DNA of 64,000 nt from positions 1,116,001 to 1,180,000 of the forward strand of contig OZ024763.1 of NCBI GenBank assembly GCA_964016885.1, in the 5' to 3' direction. The notes below the pieces were generated by a model. The model was not told where the DNA came from, did no database searches, and saw only the letters and a list, made by a program, of their open reading frames with translations. This document shows positions 12,801 to 24,534 of this stretch, one piece after another. Source of the DNA: Eledone cirrhosa. Taxonomy: Eukaryota. The position numbers and the translations under genes were made by a program. The stretch's first letter is position 1. Each line of letters starts with the position of its first letter.

Positions 12801-13023
12801 GAGTAGTGATGTACGTTTCGCTATTGATCAGCTCAAGGTTTGCTCTGTATCGACAAGCTCGTGAGACTTCTATTGGGGTAATGGCTGTCATTACCACAAC
12901 AGAGGTCTGATGAGCTTGTGATTCCAGAGTCAGGCCAGATCGATACAGATCGAACCTTGAGCTGATCAGTGGTGAAACGTGTGTCACTACTCAATAAACG
13001 TAATGAAGACATAATAAATCGTC

Positions 13024-13065
<42 letters not shown>

Positions 13066-13362
13066 GGCCTACTCTGAGTATATATCTGTAAATTAAAGGT
13101 GGAAAACTGGGAGAGGGCACTTGCCTTGGTGGTCAGGGTCATTGTGGCCTTTTACTGGGCTTTCTCCACAAATGTCCCTCCGAAGTCTCCCCCCTATTGG
13201 GGAATTTTTCATTGTTATTTTTTGTTACATCCTCTGTTTTTGTTTTTACACGCAGAAATGCCCATTTGTACCATCCTGTATTGTCCTGCACTGTCCTTAA
13301 TGTCTACTTTATGTAAACCCTTGTGGTTAATAAAGAAATCATTATTATTATTATTATTATTA

Positions 13363-13541
13363 AGGGTGGTGGATTGGCAGTATCAGTAGAGGGTTGGACG
13401 CCATGCTGTGCAGCATAGAGTTACGGCTCTTTATGATCTGAGTTCAAATCCCGCCGAGGTTAACTTTGCAGGGGTTGATAAAATAAAGTACCAGTAATAC
13501 ACTGATATAATTGCTGGCTTTGTGCCAAAAGTAGAAACAAT

Positions 13542-13545
<4 letters not shown>
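13363..13545 (+). mobile_element. SINE family C (Nin-domain-like: gccgaggttaactttgcctttcatcc...gataaaataaagtacc)
   Basis: B-box GTTCAAATCC, (ATT) tail; more than 10 copies in the window. Confidence 0.8.
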
Positions 13546-13577
<32 letters not shown>

Positions 13578-13579
<2 letters not shown>

Positions 13580-14005
13580 TAGCAGAATGGCCCGGCGTTG
13601 CTCGGGCTTCTAAACATAGATTGGCATGTTTATCCCTCCTTTCTGAAACAGTTTCGTCGTATGTTCCCCAATTGATGCAGAAGTCCTAATAAAAAATGAA
13701 GCCGCCTTGGGGGAATAGGCAAATAATTTTCCATTAAGATTTTTCAAAAGCATGTAATTGCGTTCCCTCTCTTTTTTGTTGTTGTTTTTACTGCTGTCGA
13801 GCCTCGTGAAATAAATACGTTTTTTTATATTTTGTTATTATGTATGCAAAAATATCTGTACACGAATATATAATTATATATATATTAAAATAACAGATTA
13901 AAATTTAAGCAAAGAATTGCTGCTTTCACCCTTAACAGTTTCTTCTGAAACTAAAAAAATCAATCTGTGAACGCAGAAGTAAATATTTCGAAAAACGTTA
14001 CACAC

Positions 14006-14043
<38 letters not shown>

Positions 14044-14200
14044 ATATATATACATATATTTGCCGTCCAAACTCATGCTAGCATGGAAGATGGACGTTAA
14101 ACGATGATGATGATGATGATGATGACACACACACACAGATAGCGTCATAATGTTGTAATGCAGACAGCTAGACATACAGACAGACATTCTCTGTTTTATA
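13578..14200 (+). mobile_element. Helentron/HINE-like non-autonomous element with nested insertions
   Basis: Starts actagcagaatggcccggcgttgctcggg and ends acagacagacattctctgttttatata, both inside TA tracts; these ends resemble HINE/DINE-type elements. Confidence 0.45.
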
Positions 14201-14787
14201 TATATATATATATATACATGTGGTGTGGTAAATAAATATATATATATCTACATCTATAAAGTGGTTGTGTAGGTGTCACAAAAAAAGCATCCAATCCACA
14301 CTGTAAATGTGGTTGGCGTTAGGAAGGGCATCCAGCCGTAGAAACTAAGCCAGAATCTGCCCCAGGTGAGCTAAACATGGTCCTCACACCGCTTCTCTCC
14401 CAAAGTGTGGAAATTGGATGTTAAACTATGATGATGATACATCATGTCCGAACACAGGGAGAAGCAGACACACACACACACACACACACACGCACATACA
14501 CACACTCTCTCTCGCCCTCTCTCATATATACACATGCACACATATATACATACACACTCTCTCTCTCTCTCACATACATACATACATACATACATTCTTT
14601 CTCTGTCTAACCCCCTCTCTCTCTTACTGTCTACCCCCACTCTCCCTCACTGTCTCTCACACTCTCACTCCCCCATCTCTCTCACTGTCTATCCTGCTCT
14701 CTATCTCACTGTTGTCTCTCTCTCTCTCCCTTTCTCTCCCTCCATCTCCCTCTTGGTCTATCCTCCTCTCCCTCACTGTCTATCACC

Positions 14788-15595
14788 CCCTCTATACACT
14801 ACAGTCTATCCTATCTCTCCCTCTCTCCCCCTCTCTATACACTACAGTCTATCCTATCTCTCCCCCTCTCTATACACTACAGTCTATCCTATCTCTCCCC
14901 CTCTCTATACACTACAGTTTATCCTATCTCTCCCCCTCTCTATACACTACAGTCTATCCTATCTCCCCCCCCCCTCTCTATACACTACAGTCTATCCTAT
15001 CTCTCCCCCTCTCTATACACTACAGTTTATCCTATCTCTCCCCCTCTCTATACACTACAGTCTATCCTATCTCTCCCCCTCTCTATACACTACAGTCTAT
15101 CCTATCTCTCCCTCTCTCCCCCTCTCTATACACTAGTCTATCCTATCTCTCCCTCTCTCTATACACTACAGTCTATCCTATCTCTCCCCCTCTCTATACA
15201 CTGCAGTCTATCCTATCTCTCCCTCTCTCCCCCTCTCTATACACTACAGTCTATCCTATCTCTCCCCCTCTCTATACACTACAGTCTATCCTATCTCTCC
15301 CCCTCTCTATACACTACAGTTTATCCTATCTCTCCCCCTCTCTATACACTACAGTCTATCCTATCTCTCCCCCTCTCTATACACTACAGTCTATCCTATC
15401 TCTCCCCCTCTCTATACACTACAGTCTATCCTATCTCTCCCCCTCTCTATACACTACAGTCTATCCTATCTCCCCCTCTCTATACACTACAGTCTATCCT
15501 ATCTCTCCCTCTCTCCCCCTCTCTATACACTACAGTCTATCCTATCTCTCCCTCTCTCCCCCTCTCTATACACTACAGTCTATCCTATCTCTCTA
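14788..15595. repeat. ~35-bp pyrimidine-rich minisatellite (ctctatacactacagtctatcctatctctccccct)
   Basis: More than 20 visible copies. Confidence 0.95.
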
Positions 15596-15737
15596 TGTTG
15601 AGCTATTCTTAGACTCCAAGGAATATCTAATATCTATGTTGAAGCTGTGTTGTCTGTGTGGCATCACCAGTTGCCATGGGTTACCATGCCAATGCTATGA
15701 TGATATCACACATCATATCTTATCAGTTCATCATTAA

Positions 15738-16697
15738 CATGGTGGTGTAGTGGTGGTGGTGTGTGATGGTGGTGGTGGTGTAGTGGTAGTGGTGGTGGTG
15801 TAGTGGTGGTGATGTGTGGTGGTGGTGGTGTAGTGGTAGTGGTGGTGGTGTGTGATGGTGAGTGTGTGATGGTGGTTGTGGTGGTGGTGTGGTGGTGGTG
15901 TGGTGGTGTAGTGGTAGTGGTGGTGGTGTGTGATGGTGAGTGTGTGATGGTGGTTGTGATGGTGGGTGTGTGGTGGTGGTGTGGTGGTGTAGTGGTAGTG
16001 GTGGTGTGTGATGGTGGTGGTGTGGTGGTTGTGGTGTGTGATGGTGGTGTGTGATGGTGGTGGTGTGGTGGTGGTGTAGTGGTAGTGGTGTGGTGGTGGT
16101 ACTGGTGGAGGTGGTGGTGGTGGTGTGTGATGGTGGTGTGTGATAGTGGTGGTGGTACTGGTGTAGTGGTGGAGGTGGTGTAGTGGTGTGGTGGTAGTGG
16201 TGTGGTGGTGGTGTAGTGGTAGTGGTACTTGTTGTAATGGTGGTATTGGTGGTACAGATAGTGGTGGTGGTAGTGGTGTGGTGGTGGTGTAGTGGTGGTG
16301 TTGGTGGTACAGATAGTGGTGGTAGCATCTTCCCCCCACCCCAGTTTCTGTTATCTGTGATTTCATTGTTGGTGCCAATATTATCACCACCATCATCATC
16401 ATCATCAACACCACCAGCACCACCATCATCACCACCACCATCATCACCACCACCATCATCACCACCACCACCATCATCACCACCACCACCACCACCATCA
16501 TCATCAACACCTCCACCACCACCATCATCACCACCACCATCATCACCACCACCACCATCATCACCACCACCACCATCATCATCACCACCACCACCACTAC
16601 CACCACCATCACCATCATCACCACCACCACCACCTTCACCCTCATTATCACCACCACCATTATCACTATCATCATCACCACCATCATCACCATCATC
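15738..16697. repeat. GGT-rich tract followed by CAC/CAT-rich tract
   Basis: Directly visible; strand switch at ~16325-16385. Confidence 0.93.
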
Positions 16698-16771
16698 CAT
16701 GGGGAGGGGCTTTAGCATTAATTTTGTGTGCATATGTGTATGCCTGTATATGTATGTATATATGTATGTAT

Positions 16772-16835
<64 letters not shown>

Positions 16836-16860
16836 GTATGTATGTATATATATATGTATG

Positions 16861-16912
<52 letters not shown>

Positions 16913-17195
16913 TGTATGTATATCTGTGATTTCATTGTTGGTGCCAATATTATCACCACCATATATATATGTGTGTGTGTATATATATGTGTGTGTGTGT
17001 GTGTGTGTTTCCCTTTGCCAGACTGTTGGTGGTGGAGGCGGTGGGATGAGGTGCTAGGTCCCCCCCACACCCCACACCCCACCCATACACCATGACCCTG
17101 TGTCATCTTATGTGTCAGATTCTTTATGTTGGAGAGGAGAGAGAGAGAAAGAGAAGGTAGTGTGTGTATTAATGCAAGTTCTCTCTCTTTCTCTC

Positions 17196-17281
<86 letters not shown>

Positions 17282-18008
17282 CATCATCATCATCATCATC
17301 ATCACCACCACCATTTTACGGCCATTCTTCCACGCTAGCATGGGTTAGACGGGTTGTCCTGTTGTGGGCAATGCCAGGTCAGGTGACCATGTCTTGCTCA
17401 TACGGGAACTGATTCTGGCTTGGTTTCTAACAGCTGGATGCCCTTCCTAACACCAACCTCATTCACAGTGAGTGCTGGGTGCTTTTTGTTGTGACACCCA
17501 CACTCACACAAGTCACTGCCATCGCAAGTGTTGCAATCGTAGACTGTAGTGACTTGTGACTACTCCCCAGTAAGGAGGTCCATCAAAAAGTGACCCTTGT
17601 TCGGTCATTGTTGGTGAGAAATTCAAAAATTAAATATAAACTAAAGATCTCAACCAGGCAACTTTCTAATTATAAGGCAATGTTTGGAACATAACTTAAC
17701 AAAGGTTCTTATATAAAATTATGATGGAAGGTTTTTAGATAAATATAAATATAAATACTTTAACCCTTTCCTTTTGATATTTCTAATTAAAAGAATTGAG
17801 AATTTGGAGGGTGTTAATAATATAACTAACATTCTTACTATCAAGCTGGTGTTTGGAACATAGCTTAAGAAAGATTCTTACATTAAATTATGATGGAGTG
17901 TTTTTATGTACATATAAACACTTTAAAACCAGGTTTATTATATATATATATGTGTGTGTGTGTGTATCCCAGTTTTAATTTTGGGAGAGAGTGGGGAGAG
18001 TAACCACA

Positions 18009-18048
<40 letters not shown>

Positions 18049-18224
18049 GGAAAAAATGAAACAATATTTCATTTCCCACTCTTAGTACGGCTGTTACTTA
18101 AATATAAGTATGTACACGTACATACATATATGTATACCGACGTACAGTAGTATGTATATATATATATATATACATACATGCACACATATATATATGCACG
18201 TATGGATTCACCAAACATTTATTA

Positions 18225-18480
18225 TAATGCTCGGTGTGCTTGTAAACAAACATCCCGTATTAAACCGTAGTGTCTAGCAACCACCGTTGGTCGTTTGTTC
18301 AACACTGACAAAGGAACGCTGTACTAGTTTCAAGCTTGTTAGCTATCGTCAGCAACGTATACCTTCCTGCCAGATTGTTGAACGTATATACTTACCTTAT
18401 GCATATTAACGGCTGAGTAGCCCAATTTGCATATCGCGTGGGTTGATCGGACAGGGTGCACCGAAAACGATAAACGGTAT
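18225..18480. promoter_or_regulatory. Candidate promoter / first-exon region
   Basis: Non-repetitive CpG-retaining island with TGTAAACAAACA (forkhead), CTAGCAAC (RFX half-site), ATTTGCAT (octamer) and a minus-strand AAG|GTAAGT donor at 18396. Confidence 0.45.
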
Positions 18481-18505
18481 ACATATATGTATGTACGTGT
18501 ACATA

Positions 18506-18541
<36 letters not shown>

Positions 18542-18544
<3 letters not shown>

Positions 18545-18762
18545 TGTCTGAGAGGGATAGAATGTAGTGTACGGGAGAGGAGACTGAGGTGGTATGGACA
18601 TGTGATGCGTATGGAAGATGACCGAACAGACCTCAGATCATTGAAGCTCACGGTGGAGATGACGAGGGACCGTGACGAGTGGAGAGATGCTGTGCTGAAT
18701 AAGACCCGTCCCACCCTTGCAAGCAGGGAAAAGCGGACGTAAAATGATGATGATGATGATGA
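18542..18762 (+). mobile_element. Internally deleted RTE LINE 3' end with (ATG)n tail
   Basis: LRGIECSVRERRLRWYGHVMRMEDD...EMTRDRDEWRDAVLNKTRPTLASREKRT. A fragment also occurs at 35688-35760. Confidence 0.85.
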
Positions 18763-19141
18763 TATATATATATATGTCATCTTCATTGTTTAAAAACAGA
18801 TTTATTCTATTGCTTATAATCTTGTTACTTGTGATAAATTAACTCTTTCTTTCCCACTCCTCAAGACATATATTTGAAGACTATCATGTCAATGATTATT
18901 AATTGTAACAGATTAATTCATTGTTTACATGTATTTACACTGCTTTTATCTGATAGAAACAATTGTTGAGATTAAAGATAGATTTGATTTAAAACCTTGG
19001 TTTATTCAATATATATATATATATATATATACTTATATATATATATAATTGAAGTAAGAAGGCTGTTGAACCCTCATATGTTTATATACGATGGGAGAGT
19101 CCATTGTTTATAGATACATACATATATATATATATATATGT

Positions 19142-19275
19142 AAAAGGTAAACAGAAATAACAACACAATCGGTACAGTATATGGAAGGAATATATTAGGT
19201 TAACACTTGAAATAGCAGGAAGAGGGCCTTAACGTTTCGGATGCTAGTCCTTCATCAGAAGAAAGAATGAGAAAT
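19142..19275 (-). mobile_element. Penelope-like terminal fragment with minimal hammerhead motif
   Basis: Minus strand reads tctt-CTGATGA-agga ctagca tcc-GAAACGTT-aagg. Confidence 0.6.
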
Positions 19276-19909
19276 AAGATAGATTGAAGGGTCGGGCGGG
19301 TATACTTTGGGAGGGTCATGCAGCACACTAAAACAAGATGGTGTATGACAGATCAAAGGAGAGACACACAAAATCAAAACCTAGTGACTGAGGAGGTCAC
19401 AGAATGTGTGACCAAAGAACTTTGACAATATATAAACAACCTTCCGGTTATCGAAACAACCAACCAGAAACTTATAATAAATTAGAGTGAAAACCTGCAG
19501 GTGTGTGTGTTTTTATTGGCACACACACCTTCAGATAAGTAATCTCGCAAAATAAATTCAAAAACGAATTATATATATATGTACACACACTGTAAACAAC
19601 AGAGGCCATGTGTTGTCCCTCTCCAACAAAACATTTTCTCCTCGGAAAACCCCAGTTGATGGATGTGACATCCGAAATATAGGGACAATTAAATTACTTC
19701 CAATATAACTCTATCTCATGTTATTATTTTTACACTTTTCCTACGTCCCTTTACGCTTTCTATGTCTCTTTCTACATTTCCTCCTACATCTCTTTCATTA
19801 CCACCTGATTCTGTTACCTGGAGATTTACCCATCTGCATTGTTGAGGCTTCCAAAATGACCAATTTTATTATTCCACAATGCTTCAAGCAAACTTCAAAC
19901 TCTTATATA

Positions 19910-19953
<44 letters not shown>

Positions 19954-19959
<6 letters not shown>

Positions 19960-20115
19960 TGAGTCAAAAATTATCCACACTTTTGCCATAACATCTTTAG
20001 GTTTGTCACACTGTCTTCAGCTCATGTGTGCTTATATTTGGTACTCTTGTGGTCACATGGTCAAAGTTTGAGCATGATCTCACCAGTTTTCTTGCTGTTT
20101 TATTAAGTCCAGTTA
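19954..20115 (+). mobile_element. Mariner 5' end remnant
   Basis: TA + tgagagtgagtcaaaaattatcc TIR; aligns with the reverse complement of 8500-8648. Confidence 0.7.
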
Positions 20116-20464
20116 CTACAGTGGCACCATGCCAGGTACATATACTTTATGTCATCCCTCAGGACAAACTCATTTAACCTGTACTGACACACCAGGATAT
20201 ATCTGTTAAGCTTCACAAACAAGGATACAAAATAGAGTACATGTTGACTTAAGATATTATCAGTTAAGTGGATCAAATAAAACAATGGGTTTGAGATAAG
20301 ATAAATGGTGAAGACCAGCAATTCTGAAACAAGAAACTCTCGGCCTCCAGGGAAGGGTATTTTCAGATCTTTAGGGAAGGAATTTTAACCAAAGGAGGAA
20401 TTATTGGTGAGGAATGTTAGTTATCAAGGGAGGAATTTAAACTGGGAAAGAATAGTTTAGAATA

Positions 20465-21180
20465 ATTGTTATTGTAACTGTTGTTGTTGTTGTTGTTGTT
20501 GCAGTAACTGTTGTTGTAGTAGTTGTTATAGTAATAGTAGTTGTTGTTATAGTAGTAGCTGTTGTTACTGTCATTGTAGTTGTTGTTGTTATTGTAGTGT
20601 TTGTTGTTGTAGTTGTTATTGTAGTTATTATTGTTGTATTTGTTGTTGTAGTTGATGTTGTTACTGTAGTTGTTGTTGTTGCTGTTGTTGTACAGAAAGG
20701 AAGTGTGTCTTGTGTGTATCTGATTAGGGTTATCTTTGGTTCTTATCTTGGACTGTGACTTATGCCAGATATGTGGTGCACCACCACCCCACCCTGCACA
20801 CCCCACCTCCACCCTGCACACCACCACCTCCACCCCACATCTCCACCCCATACCTCCACCACACACCACTGCCCCACACCACACCACCAACAACGCTACA
20901 CACTACCACCACACTCCACCACACCAACACCATCACTCTACATCATCACCACCAACAACAACACTACACACACTACCAACACCACACTTTACCACCACTC
21001 CACCACCACTCCACACCACCAAACTACCACCACTCCACACCACCACACTACCACCACCAATACCACCACACTCCACCAACAACAACACTACACACACTAC
21101 CACTACCAACACCACACCCTACCACCACTCCACACCACCACTCTACCACCACTAACACCACTACACTCCACCAACACTAA
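20465..21180. repeat. (GTT/GTA)n tract then (CAC/CAA)-rich tract
   Basis: Directly visible. Confidence 0.92.
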
Positions 21181-21344
21181 CATTACAACTTGTTTCTCCA
21201 GCTGAGTAAACTGGAGCAACGTGAAATAAAATGTCTTGCTCAAGGACACAACACATCACCCAGTCCAAGAATATAAACATTTTAGAATAAACAGCTTAAC
21301 TCCGTAATGTTTTAATAGAAAATATCTAAAAACATCTTTAATTC

Positions 21345-22100
21345 AAATGTTTATAGTATCTTTACTGGCAGACAGATTGTTGTAGAAATTTACAGTATTA
21401 CAGTAAAGACTTTAGTATTTAATGTGATGTAGTCATAGTGTTGTTTTGTATTAAATGTTTATAGTATCTTTACTGGTGGACAGATTGTTGTAGAAATTTA
21501 CAGTATTACAGTAAAGACTTTAGTATTTAATATGATGTAGTCATAGTGTTGTTGTGTACTAAATGTTTATAGTATCTTTACTGGTGGACAGATTGTTGTA
21601 GAAATTTACAGTATTACAGTAAAGACTTTAGTATTTAATATGATGTAGTCATAGTGTTGTTGTGTACTAAATGTTTATAGTATCTTTACTGGTGGACAGA
21701 TTGTTGTAGAAATTTACAGTATTACAGTAAAGACTTTAATATTTAATGTGATGTAGTCATAGTGTTGTTGTGTACTAAATGTTTATAGTATCTTTACTGG
21801 TGGACAGATTGTTGTAGAAATTTACAGTATTACAGTAAAGACTTTAGTATTTAATGTGATGTAGTCATAGTGTTGTTGTGTACTAAATATTTATAGTATC
21901 TTTACTGGCAGACAGATTGTTGTAGAAATTTACAGTATTACAGTAAAGACTTTAATATTTAATGTGATGTAGTCATAGTGTTGTTGTGTACTAAATGTTT
22001 ATAGTATCTTTACTGGTGGACAGATTGTTGTAGAAATTTACAGTATTACAGTAAAGACTTTAGTATTTAATGTGATGTAGTCATAGTGTTGTTTTGTACC
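21345..22100. repeat. 108-bp minisatellite, 7 copies, inside a dispersed repeat
   Basis: Period 108 (21345, 21453...21993). Unamplified relatives on the minus strand at 38060-38258 and 44610-44830. Confidence 0.93.
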
Positions 22101-22359
22101 TTTCAAGAATATCTTACTAATGTGGTTTCGTGTGGAACAGAAAGTTAAGAGTTAATATTGTAGAACAAGAGGCAGTTATGGGTTGTTTAATAACAAAAGA
22201 ATTACCATGGTTTTGTTAATACACTTTTCACACACTCTCTTTTCACACACATCTTTTAACACACACACACACACACCATTTACACACTTAATTCACACAC
22301 ACCAAATTATTTATACAGAATACAAAGTAGACAACCCTAGTTAGCATAAATATATGGGT

Positions 22360-22937
22360 TTATATATATATGTATGCATGTGTATATATATATATGCATA
22401 TGTATATATATATATATATGCATATGTATATATATATATATGCATATGTATGTATATATATATATGCATATGTATGTCTATATATATATGCATATGTATG
22501 TATATATATATATGCATATGTATGTATATATATATATGCATATGTATGTATATATATATATGCATATGTATGTATATATATATATGCATATGTATGTATA
22601 TATATATATGCATATGTATGTATATATATATATGCATATGCATGTATATATATATATATATATATGCATATGTATGTATATCTATATATATATATGCATA
22701 TGTATGTACATCTATATATATATATGCATATGCATATATATATGTATATATGCATATGCATATATATATATGTATATATGCATATGCATATATATATATG
22801 TATATATGCATATGCATATATATATGTATATATGCATATGCATATATATATGTATATATGCATATGTATATATATATATATATGTATATATGTATATATG
22901 CATATGTATATATGTATATATGCATATGTATATATGC

Positions 22938-22987
<50 letters not shown>

Positions 22988-23559
22988 ATATGCATATGTA
23001 TATATGTATATATGCATATGTATATATGCATATGTATATATGTATATATGTATATATGTATATATGCATATATATATATATGTATATATGCATATATATA
23101 TACGTATATATATATATATGTATATATGCATATATATATATGTATATATGCATATATATATATATGTATATATGCATATATATATATGTATATATGCATA
23201 TATATATATATGTATATATGCATATATATATATGCATATATATATATATGTATATATGCATATGCATATATATATATATATGTATATATGCATATGTATA
23301 TATATACATGCATATGCATATATATATATGTATATGTATATATATATAATGTATATATATATGCATATATGTATATATATATGTATATGTATATATATAT
23401 AATGTATATATATATGCATATATGTATATATATATGCATATATGTATATATATATGCATATATGTATATATATATGCATATATGTATATATATATGCATA
23501 TATGTATATATATATATGCATATATATATATGTATATGTATATATATATATGCATATAT

Positions 23560-23592
<33 letters not shown>

Positions 23593-23658
23593 ATGTATAT
23601 ATATATGCATATATGTATATATATATGCATATATGTATATATATATGCATATATGTAT

Positions 23659-23691
<33 letters not shown>

Positions 23692-23757
23692 ATGTATATA
23701 TATATGCATATATGTATATATATATGCATATATGTATATATATATGCATATATGTAT

Positions 23758-23790
<33 letters not shown>

Positions 23791-24119
23791 ATGTATATAT
23801 ATATGCATATATGTATATATATATGCATATATGTATATATATATGCATATATGTATATATATATGCATATATGTATATATATATGCATATATGTATATAT
23901 ATGCATATATGTATATATATATGCATATATGTATATATATATATGCATATATATATATATGCATATATGTATATATATATATGCATATATATATATATGC
24001 ATATATATATATATATATGCATATATGTATATGTATATATGCATATATATATATGCATATATATGTGTATGTATGTGTGTGTGCATGTATGTTAGTGGTA
24101 TGTGTGTGTATATCAGAGG

Positions 24120-24140
<21 letters not shown>
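22360..24140. repeat. 1.8-kb (TA)n/TGCA/TGTA compound microsatellite
   Basis: Directly visible. Confidence 0.98.
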
Positions 24141-24157
<17 letters not shown>

Positions 24158-24534
24158 CTGTCAGATATTACTCATTCAGTGGAGATGACTTCACTGCAAC
24201 TACACAAGATACAAACAGCTCTTCTTAGAAACAAGAGTGGTGGTGGTTGTGGCAGTGGTGGTGGTAGTGGTGGTGGTGGTGGTAGTGGTGGTAGTGGTCG
24301 GTGATGGTGGCAGTAGTGGTGGTGGTGGTGATGTTTATTTTTGAAATTATTTGGAGATCAGTAAAGTGTTAAAGTGCTTATATTTAACTAAAATCCTTCC
24401 GCCATCATCCTATGTAAGAACCTTTGTTATGTTATGTTCCAAACACCAATTTAATAATGAGAAAGTTAGTTATATTACTAAATCTCTCCAAAATTATTGA
24501 TTGTTTTCAAAATTATTTGAAAACCAGAGGGGCC

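Noticed and set aside
22178-22219. MGCLITKELPWFC* as a myristoylated ARF start
   Set aside because: Stops after 13 codons with no convincing phase-1 donor.
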